Source of the DNA: Parcubacteria bacterium RAAC4_OD1_1
GTDB taxonomy: Bacteria; Patescibacteriota; Minisyncoccia; Phycocordibacterales; UBA9973
Assembly: GCA_000505065.1 (NCBI GenBank)
Contig: AWSN01000001.1
Span: 559,929 to 623,928, forward strand
Reading direction: 5' to 3'
Length of the DNA: 64,000 bases
Shown: positions 10,187 to 19,444 of the stretch, one piece after another
Numbering within the stretch: the stretch's first letter is position 1
How the letters are laid out: each line of letters begins with the position of its first letter
The notes under the pieces: model-generated
The model's database searches: none
Told to the model about the DNA's origin: nothing
Seen by the model: only the letters and a program-made list of their open reading frames with translations
Translations under genes and position numbers: made by a program

Positions 10187-10678
10187 ATGGAAGAAAATAT
10201 CAATAAAGAAAATAATTCACCAAAAGGTATAGTTCATGTGATTTTGTCATATGAATATTCTTTGTTTTTAATTGCTATAATTTTAGGTATTCTCTGTGAT
10301 CATATTTTTCATACAAAAATTATAGATAGTATCGATCTTTCTTATATGGGAATATTTATGATATTTATTGGATCTAGTTTGGTGTATTGGGCTCAAAGAT
10401 CAACAAGTGTATCTAAATCTAAAACCGAAGAAGAAAGGAAAACAGATTTCTTTTACAAGGGTCCATATAAATACAATCGTAACCCCACACATTTTGGACT
10501 TTTTGTAATGTCTTTAGGATTAGGATTTATTTTAAATTCAGTTTTTTCTATTATTTTTATTTTTATAATACATTTAATAGCCAAGCGCACTTTTCTTAAA
10601 AAACAAGATAAAATTTTAGAAGAGAGATATGGGGAGAGTTTTTCTTCTTATAAAAATAAAGTTAAAGATTGGATATGA
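10187..10678 (+). CDS. isoprenylcysteine carboxyl/phospholipid methyltransferase-like membrane protein
   Basis: TM helices plus GPYKYNRNPTH and LEERYGESFSSYKNKV motifs. Confidence 0.7.
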   Translation: MEENINKENNSPKGIVHVILSYEYSLFLIAIILGILCDHIFHTKIIDSIDLSYMGIFMIFIGSSLVYWAQRSTSVSKSKTEEERKTDFFYKGPYKYNRNPTHFGLFVMSLGLGFILNSVFSIIFIFIIHLIAKRTFLKKQDKILEERYGESFSSYKNKVKDWI

Positions 10679-11304
10679 TATATGTCTTGGTTGGAGGTGA
10701 AATAAAAGAAAGAAATATTTTTCTTAACAAAAATATTAAAAAAGGCCTCACTCCTATATTTTTGGATGTTTTAAATAAAGAGGTTATTTTAAATGAAGCA
10801 CTTAGTGTATCTTTTTTTGAGAATGATAATTTTTTTATAATTGATAATATTATTAGTGAAGGCAAAATTCTCTTTGACGATGAAGATCTTAAAATTATAA
10901 ATGATTCTGAGAAACTTTTTGTATTTAAAGAAGATAAAATTACAGCAGTAAATGAAAAGAAATTTAAAAAGTTTTCTAAAATAGAGTTTTTTGAAAACAA
11001 GGTGATAAAATTAAAAAAGGACAATACTTTTTTAATAGCAGAATATTTTGGATTTAATAATAAACTTAAAACATGGATAATATACAGAAGTTTGATTGAT
11101 GGGGGGATAGAGCCAGAAGCTATTTCAGGGATACTTTTTTGGAAGATAAAGGCTATGTTGCTTTATGGAACTAAATTTTTTACAAAAGATATTTTAAAAA
11201 AGATGTCATCTTCTCTGGTTTCTATTTATCATGAAGCTCATAGGGGGGAGTCTGATATGACTATTTCTCTTGAGAAATTTATTCTTTCCTCACTTAATAA
11301 ATAA
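10675..11304 (+). CDS. holA: putative DNA polymerase III delta subunit (short, divergent)
   Basis: MIYVLVGGE N-terminus, SVSFFE, ILFWKIK, C-terminal LEKFIL; located next to polA. Confidence 0.6.
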   Translation: MIYVLVGGEIKERNIFLNKNIKKGLTPIFLDVLNKEVILNEALSVSFFENDNFFIIDNIISEGKILFDDEDLKIINDSEKLFVFKEDKITAVNEKKFKKFSKIEFFENKVIKLKKDNTFLIAEYFGFNNKLKTWIIYRSLIDGGIEPEAISGILFWKIKAMLLYGTKFFTKDILKKMSSSLVSIYHEAHRGESDMTISLEKFILSSLNK

Positions 11305-11322
11305 ATGATATAATAAGATTAT

Positions 11323-11580
11323 ATGGAACCAATATTAAAATCAGAAATATTTTTCTTTATTAGCTCTGTCGCTGTAATTTTATTTACAGTTGTTTTTCTT
11401 ATTTTTGGATTTTATCTTATTAAGATAATGAGAAATTTTTCTCATATATCAGACAAGTTAAAAAAAGGGGTCGATAATGCATCTGCTTCACTTGAAGAAG
11501 TGGGGGAGAGTATAAAAGAAAGCAAATTATTTTCTTTTATATTTGGAGATCAAAAGAAAAAGAAAAAAAGTCGTAATTAA
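11323..11580 (+). CDS. small single-TM protein
   Basis: N-terminal TM followed by coiled-coil; pairs with the downstream YtxH-like gene. Confidence 0.65.
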   Translation: MEPILKSEIFFFISSVAVILFTVVFLIFGFYLIKIMRNFSHISDKLKKGVDNASASLEEVGESIKESKLFSFIFGDQKKKKKSRN

Positions 11581-11600
11581 AAATTAATTTAAAAAATAAA

Positions 11601-11957
11601 ATGGTAAATAGTAAAACAAATAAAAAGAGTATGAGTGTAGGTAAGGCTATAGGAGTAGGAGCATCTGTTGCAGCACTTTCTGCTGCTGCGTATCTACTTT
11701 TTGGACCAGAGGGTAAAAAGAATAGAAAGATAATAAAAGGTTGGTCTGTAAAAATGAAAGGTGAAATAATTGAAAAGCTTGAAAAAGCTAAAGATGTCAC
11801 CGAGCCGATTTATCATAAGGTTGTAGATGAGATATCATCAAAATACAAAAAGATGAAAAATATTGATCCAAAAGAATTAGAAGAAGTAATTGGTGAAATA
11901 AAGAAGCATTGGAAGGGTATGATAAAAGGATCAAAGCCAAAAGCAAAAAAGAAATAA
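11601..11957 (+). CDS. YtxH-like hypothetical protein
   Basis: Hydrophobic GVGASVAALSAAAYLLFGPEGKKNRK then a charged helix. Confidence 0.6.
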   Translation: MVNSKTNKKSMSVGKAIGVGASVAALSAAAYLLFGPEGKKNRKIIKGWSVKMKGEIIEKLEKAKDVTEPIYHKVVDEISSKYKKMKNIDPKELEEVIGEIKKHWKGMIKGSKPKAKKK

Positions 11958-11963
11958 TACAAA

Positions 11964-11991
11964 TTTAAAAGCGCCTTCGGGTGCTTTTAAA
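11964..11991 (+). terminator. intrinsic terminator
   Basis: tttaaaagcgcc-TTCG-ggtgcttttaaa. Confidence 0.75.
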
Positions 11992-12247
11992 ATATTTAGA
12001 CAAAAAGAAAAGGCTTAGGAGTCAGCCCTCAAAAATTTGAGAAATGGCTCCTAAGCCTTTTAGACTTTTAATAAAGAACAATTGTGTTTTTAATAATGAT
12101 AAACACAATATAATGAACTATTTTATAAAAAAACTTCCCCTAAATAATAACCCTATATACTGGGTGAGATTTGGGATATTTATAATTTCAAACTTGTTTA
12201 TATTATAACTCCTTATTTTAAATAAGTAAATTGGGGGTGTGGATAAA

Positions 12248-12388
12248 CCCCCACACCTACTTTTAGGTTGTTCTGCTTTTTTACAAGACAAAGATAATTA
12301 TATTTTATATATTTATTGAGTATATTAGATATTATTAATGTTTCTTTATTGGCAGAACTAAAAAGTTACCTAAAAGTGGGTGTGGGGG
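12248..12388. mobile_element. second MITE-like CCCCACACC element
   Basis: cccccacacctacttttagg ... cctaaaagtgggtgtggggg flanked by TAAA direct repeats (12244-47, 12389-92); an extra right end at 12436-12455 is identical to that of the 983-1050 element. Confidence 0.6.
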
Positions 12389-12583
12389 TAAACCGCATTA
12401 TATAATCAAAATAATGTTGTTTATTTTTCAAATTAATAAAAATATGGGTGTGGGGTAAACCCATTGATTTTATCTATTAAATATGGTATTTTTTAAGGGT
12501 TATAGTTTTATCCGCTTATAGCTGTTTTGGTAGATATAAAGCTTAAATAACGGTTAGAGTTTAGTTTGTTGATAATTTTATAT

Positions 12584-12656
12584 CCGCTCGTAGCTCAGTC
12601 GGTAGAGCAGCTCCCTTTTAAGGAGATGGTCGTAGGTTCGATTCCTACCGAGCGGA
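12584..12656 (+). tRNA. tRNA-Lys(UUU)
   Basis: Cloverleaf CCGCTCG/CGAGCGG, anticodon loop CT-TTT-AA, T-arm GTAGG-TTCGATT-CCTAC; CCA not encoded. Confidence 0.96.
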
Positions 12657-12660
12657 CAAT
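12615..12660 (+). repeat. attL core (46 bp, tRNA-Lys 3' half)
   Basis: Identical to 27432-27477. Confidence 0.95.
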
Positions 12661-12757
12661 GATTATATTTTAAGGCTTATTTTTAAAAAAGCTCTATTTT
12701 TGACGACCACTTCCCTTTAAAAACAGGTCGTCAGTGTTTTATTTTTGGTTCAAAAAA

Positions 12758-13651
12758 ATGGATATAGCAATTCTAGTTCACAAGTTCTGTGACTATTCAT
12801 CTTTCATTAAAGGATACTCATCTGCAACGATTAAGAGATATAAAAATACTGTTCTGAGTTACTGTAAGATAATGAAAGTATTTGAAATAAGCCAAGTAAA
12901 CGAAAATAATGTTCGTGAGTTATTTTATATAGGCAGAACAGAGCGAAAATGGTCAGCGAATACCTTTATAGTATACCATAAGACCCTTTTAGTATTCTTC
13001 CGTTGGTGTGTTAAACAAGGATATTTAACTAAGAATCCAATAGAAGATATAGAAAAACCAAAACTTGAAAATAAATTACCATTTAAACTAAATAAACAGA
13101 CGGCACTTAGATTATTGGAGATTGTATATAACTACCCATATGATAGTAAGTTCTTGAGATACAGAAATCATGCTATTTTTTCAACATTTATCTTTACTGG
13201 ATTAAGGAAGAAAGAGTTATTGAATCTTAAATTTACAGATGTAGATCTAGAAAACTTTACTATATTTGTAAAACAAGGGAAAGGAAATAAGGACCGTATT
13301 GTTCCTATGAGTTATACTTTGGCCCAAACATTAAAAAGATATGTGGAGGAAAGAAAAAGATTCAATAAAACATGTCCTGAATTCTTTGCTTCATCAAGAG
13401 AAAATATGGGATTTACTGATAATGGACTAAAAAAATTAGTAGAACAGATGAGAGAGAAATCAAAGATAAAATTTACTGTTCATAAATTAAGACATACCTT
13501 TGCAACTCTTATGCTTGAGGGTGGATGTGATATCTACTCTCTATCTCGTATGATGGGACACTCTGATATAAAAACAACAACAATTTACTTATCTGCTAGT
13601 GCAGAACATTTAAGAGGACAGATCACAAAACATCCATTAAATGATATATAA
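12758..13651 (+). CDS. tyrosine recombinase/integrase
   Basis: TGLRKKEL, GKGNKDR, HKLRHTFAT, MGHSDIKTTTIY; adjacent to the tRNA. Confidence 0.95.
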   Translation: MDIAILVHKFCDYSSFIKGYSSATIKRYKNTVLSYCKIMKVFEISQVNENNVRELFYIGRTERKWSANTFIVYHKTLLVFFRWCVKQGYLTKNPIEDIEKPKLENKLPFKLNKQTALRLLEIVYNYPYDSKFLRYRNHAIFSTFIFTGLRKKELLNLKFTDVDLENFTIFVKQGKGNKDRIVPMSYTLAQTLKRYVEERKRFNKTCPEFFASSRENMGFTDNGLKKLVEQMREKSKIKFTVHKLRHTFATLMLEGGCDIYSLSRMMGHSDIKTTTIYLSASAEHLRGQITKHPLNDI

Positions 13652-13774
13652 AAGGCTTATTTATTAGAAATATAAATTCATAGCTGACATTTTATTGATT
13701 ATGTTTTATAAATATATATAGTGCTGTTTTTTAATATGGTACATGATATAATCAAGAGTATCAAAATAAAAATT

Positions 13775-14836
13775 ATGAGAAAATTAAAAGTAGTAGATCT
13801 ATTTTCTGGTTGTGGTGGGTTAAGTTTGGGTTTTGAGATGGCTGGTTTTGATATTATTGGTGGAATTGATTTCGATAAAGATTCAATAATAACTTTCCAA
13901 AAAAACTTTAAAAATTCAATTACATTTACAGAAGATATTAGAAAAATTCCAGATTCAATAATCAAAAAAACATATAAAGATGTTGATGTTTTAGTTGGTG
14001 GTCCTCCTTGTCAGGGTTTTAGTTCTGCTAATATGCACCAAAAGGATATAAAGGACGATAAAAGAAATCTATTATTTTTAGAATTTTTAAGATTTGTTAA
14101 AATTCTAAGACCAAAAGTAATTCTAATAGAAAATGTTAGCGGAATTTTAACTAAAAATGATAGTTTTGCTAAAAATGGTATTGAGAGCCAACTAACTGAT
14201 TTAGGGTATGAAGTATCTCAAAAAGTTCTTTTTGCTTCAAATTATGGTGTTCCGCAAAAAAGAAAAAGGAATTTTTTTATTGGAATAAAAAAAAGCTATA
14301 AAAAAAGTTTTGATTTTAATCTTTTACCTCAAAATAAAAAAAAGGTTACAGTAGAAGAAGCCATCAGTGATTTATATGCATTAGAGAAAGGAATTAATAA
14401 TAAATTACCTGTTCTTTCTGATTATCAAAAATTGATGAGAAAAAATAGTAATAACAAAATTCTAAATCACGAAATAAGATATCCGAATGATGAAGTTATC
14501 AAAAGAATTAGATACGTGAAAGAGGGTGGAAACTGGCAAGATGTTCCAGAAAATTTATGGAAAACAAAAAGAAACAACCGTCATTCATCCGCTTACAGAA
14601 GATTAAATAGTAAAGATGTTTCTATAACCATAGATACAGGGCATATGAATTATTTCCATCCGAAATTTGATAGGACCCCCACTGTTAGAGAATCTGCGAG
14701 AATACAAAGTTTTCCTGATAATTTTGAATTTACTGGAAAAACAGGTTCTCAATTAAAACAAGTAGGTAATGCGGTGCCACCTATTTTAGCAAAAGAAATT
14801 GCTTTAATTATAAAAAAATATTTGGAAGAAAAATAA
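13775..14836 (+). CDS. DNA (cytosine-5)-methyltransferase M1
   Basis: DLFSGCGG, GGPPCQGFS, ENV, PQKRKR, RIQSFPD, QVGNAVP. Confidence 0.96.
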   Translation: MRKLKVVDLFSGCGGLSLGFEMAGFDIIGGIDFDKDSIITFQKNFKNSITFTEDIRKIPDSIIKKTYKDVDVLVGGPPCQGFSSANMHQKDIKDDKRNLLFLEFLRFVKILRPKVILIENVSGILTKNDSFAKNGIESQLTDLGYEVSQKVLFASNYGVPQKRKRNFFIGIKKSYKKSFDFNLLPQNKKKVTVEEAISDLYALEKGINNKLPVLSDYQKLMRKNSNNKILNHEIRYPNDEVIKRIRYVKEGGNWQDVPENLWKTKRNNRHSSAYRRLNSKDVSITIDTGHMNYFHPKFDRTPTVRESARIQSFPDNFEFTGKTGSQLKQVGNAVPPILAKEIALIIKKYLEEK

Positions 14837-14837
14837 T

Positions 14838-15878
14838 ATGAAAAATAAGATAATTGATTTATTTTCAGGTGTTGGAGGTTTAAGTTTGGGGTTTGAAAAT
14901 GCTGGATTTGATATAGCATTAGCTATTGATCATTGGGATGATTCAATAAAAACCTTCAATCACAACAGAAAAGATAAAGTTGGAACAACCAAAGATGTAT
15001 ACGATTTTACAGACCAAGAATTGAAAACTTTAAAAAAAGAAGTTATTGGCATTGTTGGTGGTCCTCCTTGTCAGGGTTTTAGTATGGTAGGAACCAGAGA
15101 CCACAAAGATAAGAGAAATAGTCTTTATTTAGAATTTGTAAGATTTGTTCAAATAATAGAACCAAAATTTTTTGTTTTGGAAAATGTTAAAGGTTTATTA
15201 ACTTTAAAAGGTGGATCTTTCAAGCAAGATATTATCAAAAGATTTTCAGATATAGGCTATAATGTAACATTCAAGATCTTAAGGGCTTCTGATTACGGAG
15301 TTCCCCAAAATAGAGATAGAGTTTTTTTTGTTGGCCTAAAAAAGAGTTATTTTAAAGATAAATTTTTTGAATTTCCTGATGTAAACAAGAAAATAGTAAC
15401 AACGGAAGAAGCTTTATCAGACCTTCTTGATGTTGAAGAAAAATCAGAAACTCAAAAATATAAAAAACCACCAAAAAGTGACTATCAAAAATTTATTAGA
15501 GAAAATTCATCTTTAATTTTTAATCATGAAATAACAAATCATTCGGATCAAACAGTTGATATTATAAGTAAAATACCAGATGGTGGTAATATAAAATCAA
15601 TTTCACAAGATTATTACAAGATTAGAAATTATAATACTGCTTTTAAAAGAATGAATAGTAAAAAACCATCAAATACTATTGATTGTGGACATAGAAATTA
15701 TTTTCACTACTGCAAAAATCGTATCCCTACTGTTAGAGAATCTGCGAGAATACAAAGTTTTCCTGATGTCTTTGAGTTTTTAGGTTCTAAAACAAGTCAA
15801 TACAAACAGGTTGGTAATGCCGTTCCACCACTTCTAGCTTATGCGGTTGCTAAAAAAATAAAGAAAATGCTATTATAA
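14838..15878 (+). CDS. DNA (cytosine-5)-methyltransferase M2
   Basis: DLFSGVGG, GGPPCQGFS, ENV, PQNRDR, QVGNAVP. Confidence 0.96.
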   Translation: MKNKIIDLFSGVGGLSLGFENAGFDIALAIDHWDDSIKTFNHNRKDKVGTTKDVYDFTDQELKTLKKEVIGIVGGPPCQGFSMVGTRDHKDKRNSLYLEFVRFVQIIEPKFFVLENVKGLLTLKGGSFKQDIIKRFSDIGYNVTFKILRASDYGVPQNRDRVFFVGLKKSYFKDKFFEFPDVNKKIVTTEEALSDLLDVEEKSETQKYKKPPKSDYQKFIRENSSLIFNHEITNHSDQTVDIISKIPDGGNIKSISQDYYKIRNYNTAFKRMNSKKPSNTIDCGHRNYFHYCKNRIPTVRESARIQSFPDVFEFLGSKTSQYKQVGNAVPPLLAYAVAKKIKKMLL

Positions 15879-15884
15879 TAGTAC

Positions 15885-17015
15885 ATGTTGCTATATAATT
15901 CTGTAGAAAATAAAACCTTATTATACGATACAGTTTTCAGAAAAAAGGCATCTTTTGAAGAAGATACTGAGCTTACAATTATAACTGGATATATTGGTTT
16001 TTCTACACCAGAAGGACTTTCAAAATTGGGATTTAAAAATACAAAAGTCATTATTGGTATGTATGGTTCTAGTGTTAGCCCTGACATGCATTCTATATTA
16101 TTGAGAATTCAGAAACAAAATACCAATATAAAATTTTTTTATACAAGCAGTAAAATACACTCAAAAATATACATATGGCACAAAGGAAACAGTATAAAAG
16201 AATATGCTATTGGTAGTGCTAATTTTTCTTCCGCTACTGCATTGGTTGAAAATTTATACAGAGAAACACTGGATTTATTCCCTACAGAAATAGAATCGGA
16301 AGAAAAAATTAATCAATATATTAAGGACATCAATAGTTTTTTGGTTCCTATTGATAATTATACAGCTACATTAGGAGCAACACAAAGAGAAAGACATTTA
16401 TTAGTTGAGGAAAGGGGTAGAATTTTATCTCTATTGTCTTCTAAATCAACACCGACAAAACCTAATATAATTGGAGCAACCACAATAGCAGGAGGTGTTT
16501 CTGTTTCAAGTGGATTAAATTGGGGATATTCAAATGGATTACCATTATTAGGAGATGCATATATTGCTATTAGTGCTGAATTTATAAAAAATAATCCTGA
16601 TATTATCCTTCCTAAACAAAAAGAAGAAAATGTCCCAATTGAAGTGCTTTGGGATGATGGCACAACAATGTTAATGTTAATGGAAGGTAATATGGGTACA
16701 GATATTTTATATCCAAAACAAATATCATCTTATAATAACAAATCATTATTAGGATCTTATTTAAGAAAAAGAATTGGTGAAAAAATAAACAAAAATTTAG
16801 AATTTACAGAAGAAGAAATAAGTGAGATCAAAAAACATAAATATCTATTAAGAAAAGAAGAAGCAACTAATATAGATGTACAAATTTTTAATTCAATTAA
16901 AACAAAACTAATTACAAAAGATATGTTAGATGAATATGGAAGAACGACTATAGACATAAAAAAGCTAGATGACGGTTCTTTTTATTTTGATTTCGGAGCA
17001 AGAAATAATGACTAG
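15885..17015 (+). CDS. PLD-family (NgoFVII-like) restriction endonuclease
   Basis: ITGY, HSKIYIW..GSANFS PLD motif, GLNWG; directly follows two MTases. Confidence 0.82.
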   Translation: MLLYNSVENKTLLYDTVFRKKASFEEDTELTIITGYIGFSTPEGLSKLGFKNTKVIIGMYGSSVSPDMHSILLRIQKQNTNIKFFYTSSKIHSKIYIWHKGNSIKEYAIGSANFSSATALVENLYRETLDLFPTEIESEEKINQYIKDINSFLVPIDNYTATLGATQRERHLLVEERGRILSLLSSKSTPTKPNIIGATTIAGGVSVSSGLNWGYSNGLPLLGDAYIAISAEFIKNNPDIILPKQKEENVPIEVLWDDGTTMLMLMEGNMGTDILYPKQISSYNNKSLLGSYLRKRIGEKINKNLEFTEEEISEIKKHKYLLRKEEATNIDVQIFNSIKTKLITKDMLDEYGRTTIDIKKLDDGSFYFDFGARNND

Positions 17016-17072
17016 TTTTTAAATGATTTGTCATCTATCACACCATAATGATATAATAAATTTACAATCAAA

Positions 17073-17190
17073 TAGTTAGTTATCAAGAGTATGGCGAGAG
17101 TATTGGCTCAATGACCCATCAGCAACCTGCAGAAACAAGGTGCTAAATCCAACCAAATAGTGGAAACACTATATGGAAAGATAAGACTAG
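17073..17190 (+). ncRNA. SAM-I family riboswitch aptamer
   Basis: TTATCAAGAG..GGCGAGAG..TGGCTC..GACCC..CAGCAACC..AAGGTGCTAAATCC..GGAAAGATAA; upstream of metK. Confidence 0.92.
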
Positions 17191-17200
17191 TCATCTATCT

Positions 17201-17224
17201 TTCCTCTTATTAGAGGAATTTTTT
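17201..17224 (+). terminator. riboswitch expression-platform terminator
   Basis: ttcctc-ttatta-gaggaa followed by a T-tract. Confidence 0.8.
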
Positions 17225-17238
17225 AATTCAAAAATAAT

Positions 17239-18204
17239 ATGAAGAAAACAGCAGAGTGTGTAAGTCCAATGCATCCAGATAAAATTTGCGATTTCATTGC
17301 AGATAATATTTTAGATGCATATCTAGAAGAAGATAAAAATAGTCGTTGTGCCATTGAAGTCATGGGAGGCCATAACCTTATTACAATAAATGGAGAAGTA
17401 ACATCAGGAGCTACCCCAGATATAGAAAAAGTAGTAAAAAGTTTAGTGGGTAATAATTTCAAGGTTATTTGTAATATAGTTAAACAGAGTCCAGAAATAG
17501 CTCGAGGTGTAGTTTCGGGTGGAGCTGGTGACCAAGGGATAATGAAAGGTTATGCTACAAGTGAAACCTCTTCCCTTATGCCATTAGAGTATGAACTTGC
17601 TAGAAGTTTATGTAATTATATCTATGATAAATATCCTTATGATGGAAAAACTCAAATTACTACAGAAAATGGATGTATTAATACGATTATTGCCAGTTTT
17701 CAAAATGCCCCCAAAAAAGAATTGGAAAAACTTGTTATGGAATGGTTTAAAAAACATGGAACAAAATCAAATAAAATATTTCAATATGAGGTATTTATAA
17801 ACCCAGCTGGAGATTGGTCTTTAGGTGGTTTTGATGCAGACACAGGACTTTCTGGTAGAAAGCTTATTGTTGATAACTATGGACCAGAAATACCTATTGG
17901 TGGTGGGTCATTCTCTGGTAAAGATTATACAAAAGTTGATCGTTCAGGTGCTTATATGGCTCGTAAAATAGCAGTTGATCTTCTTAAAAAACATAAAGCA
18001 AAAGAGGTCCATACTAAACTAGCATATGCTATTGGTAAAGCAGAACCAGTAATGGCAGTAGCTAGTATTGATGGACTTGAAATAGAAATTAAGGGTTATG
18101 ATTTAACACCCAAAGGAATATATGAATACTTAAATTTACAAGAAGTAAAATTCTCTAAAACTTCTAACTGGGGACATTTTGGAAGAGATTTCACTTGGAA
18201 TTAA
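17239..18204 (+). CDS. metK: S-adenosylmethionine synthetase (compact form)
   Basis: HPDKICD, GAGDQG, DGKTQ, GGFDADTGLSGRKLIVDNYG, GGGSFSGKDYTKVDRS, GHFG. Confidence 0.96.
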   Translation: MKKTAECVSPMHPDKICDFIADNILDAYLEEDKNSRCAIEVMGGHNLITINGEVTSGATPDIEKVVKSLVGNNFKVICNIVKQSPEIARGVVSGGAGDQGIMKGYATSETSSLMPLEYELARSLCNYIYDKYPYDGKTQITTENGCINTIIASFQNAPKKELEKLVMEWFKKHGTKSNKIFQYEVFINPAGDWSLGGFDADTGLSGRKLIVDNYGPEIPIGGGSFSGKDYTKVDRSGAYMARKIAVDLLKKHKAKEVHTKLAYAIGKAEPVMAVASIDGLEIEIKGYDLTPKGIYEYLNLQEVKFSKTSNWGHFGRDFTWN

Positions 18205-18228
18205 GAATTGGTGATATAATCATAAAAT

Positions 18229-18735
18229 ATGAGTTATATAAAATATTACAACTTGGAACAATATATATTCCAAGATGTTGGACCAAATTTTAGAAAGACA
18301 GGTAAAATTACCATAGAGGATTTTTTCTGTATAGTAATTTGGAAGGCAAATAGAGCTAAAACCAACATAAGAAAAAAATTATCTAAAAATACGACACTAA
18401 GTAAATCTATAATAAGTATTTCAGATGATATATATAATGCCCATTCAAAAGAAGAAAAACTAGAGATAATGATAAAGAAATGGAAGTTTGGATTTCCAAT
18501 GGCTACAGCTATTTTAACTGTATTATATCCAGAAGATTTCACTGTATATGACTATCGAGTACGAGGACAATTAAAAATAGAAAATATTTATAGCGTAGAT
18601 AAATATTTTAGTAAGTTTTTACCAAAAGTTAAAAAATATGCAGATTCTTTGGGTGAAAATTTAAGGAATACAGATAAGGAATTGTGGGGAAAATCTTTCT
18701 ATGAAGATCTTCAAAAACTAATAAAAAATGATTAA
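18229..18735 (+). CDS. hypothetical protein, HhH DNA-glycosylase-like
   Basis: IVIWK, GFPMATAILTVLYPEDFTVYDYRV resembles an HhH motif plus downstream Asp; D-x-x-LW near the C-terminus. Confidence 0.5.
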   Translation: MSYIKYYNLEQYIFQDVGPNFRKTGKITIEDFFCIVIWKANRAKTNIRKKLSKNTTLSKSIISISDDIYNAHSKEEKLEIMIKKWKFGFPMATAILTVLYPEDFTVYDYRVRGQLKIENIYSVDKYFSKFLPKVKKYADSLGENLRNTDKELWGKSFYEDLQKLIKND

Positions 18736-19444
18736 TGCTAACCTACTAAACGATAGAATAAAAAACTTTTTTGGATACGGTAGTCTAGATTCTACTGTCT
18801 GGTTTGTTGGTATGGAAGAAGGATTAAACCCAGGTATTGATGTAAAAGAATTAGAACTTCGTTTTCTTTCAGCATTTGGGAATGTAACTATTGATATGAG
18901 AAAAGATATGTCTAGGTTAGAAGGACATATGAAATGGTTTAAAAAAGATTCTCCAATACAAGCAACTTGGAAATATCCTATTGCTCTATATCTGTATCTT
19001 AAAAATAATAGAATCCCTACAAAAGAAGAAATTAGAGAACATCAAGGATTAGTACTTGGTGATAAAGAAAAGAAAGAAAGCACAACAATAGAATTAATGC
19101 CATTACCTTCAAATAAAGCTAACCAATCTACTTGGTTATATAAGAAATATAATGTTCCTGGTTTAAATTCAAGAAAAGAATATCTTGAAATGTATAAACC
19201 AGAAAGGGTTCAGAAATTAAAGAAACTAATAGAGAAGCACCGACCTAAACTAGTTATATTTTACTCTCTTACTTATTTACCAGAATGGACCGAGATTATA
19301 GGTGTTAATCCAAAAGAAATAACGAAACAAATGTATTTTATTAAGAAAAGTAATACTAGCTTTTGCATATTACCTCAAGGAGCTTCCCACGGTATGTCTT
19401 ATACAAGAGTTTATGAATATGGAGATAAAATAAAAACTCTCTAA
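18728..19444 (+). CDS. hypothetical protein, possible UDG-superfamily fold
   Basis: FFGYGSLDSTVWFVGMEEG, IELMPLP, RPKLVIFYS, ILPQGAS spaced like UDG motifs A/B; overlaps the upstream stop. Confidence 0.45.
   Translation: MINANLLNDRIKNFFGYGSLDSTVWFVGMEEGLNPGIDVKELELRFLSAFGNVTIDMRKDMSRLEGHMKWFKKDSPIQATWKYPIALYLYLKNNRIPTKEEIREHQGLVLGDKEKKESTTIELMPLPSNKANQSTWLYKKYNVPGLNSRKEYLEMYKPERVQKLKKLIEKHRPKLVIFYSLTYLPEWTEIIGVNPKEITKQMYFIKKSNTSFCILPQGASHGMSYTRVYEYGDKIKTL

Noticed and set aside
12238-12246. Perfect DnaA box (TGTGGATAA) as a possible oriC
   Set aside because: Only one box seen and no dnaA/dnaN nearby
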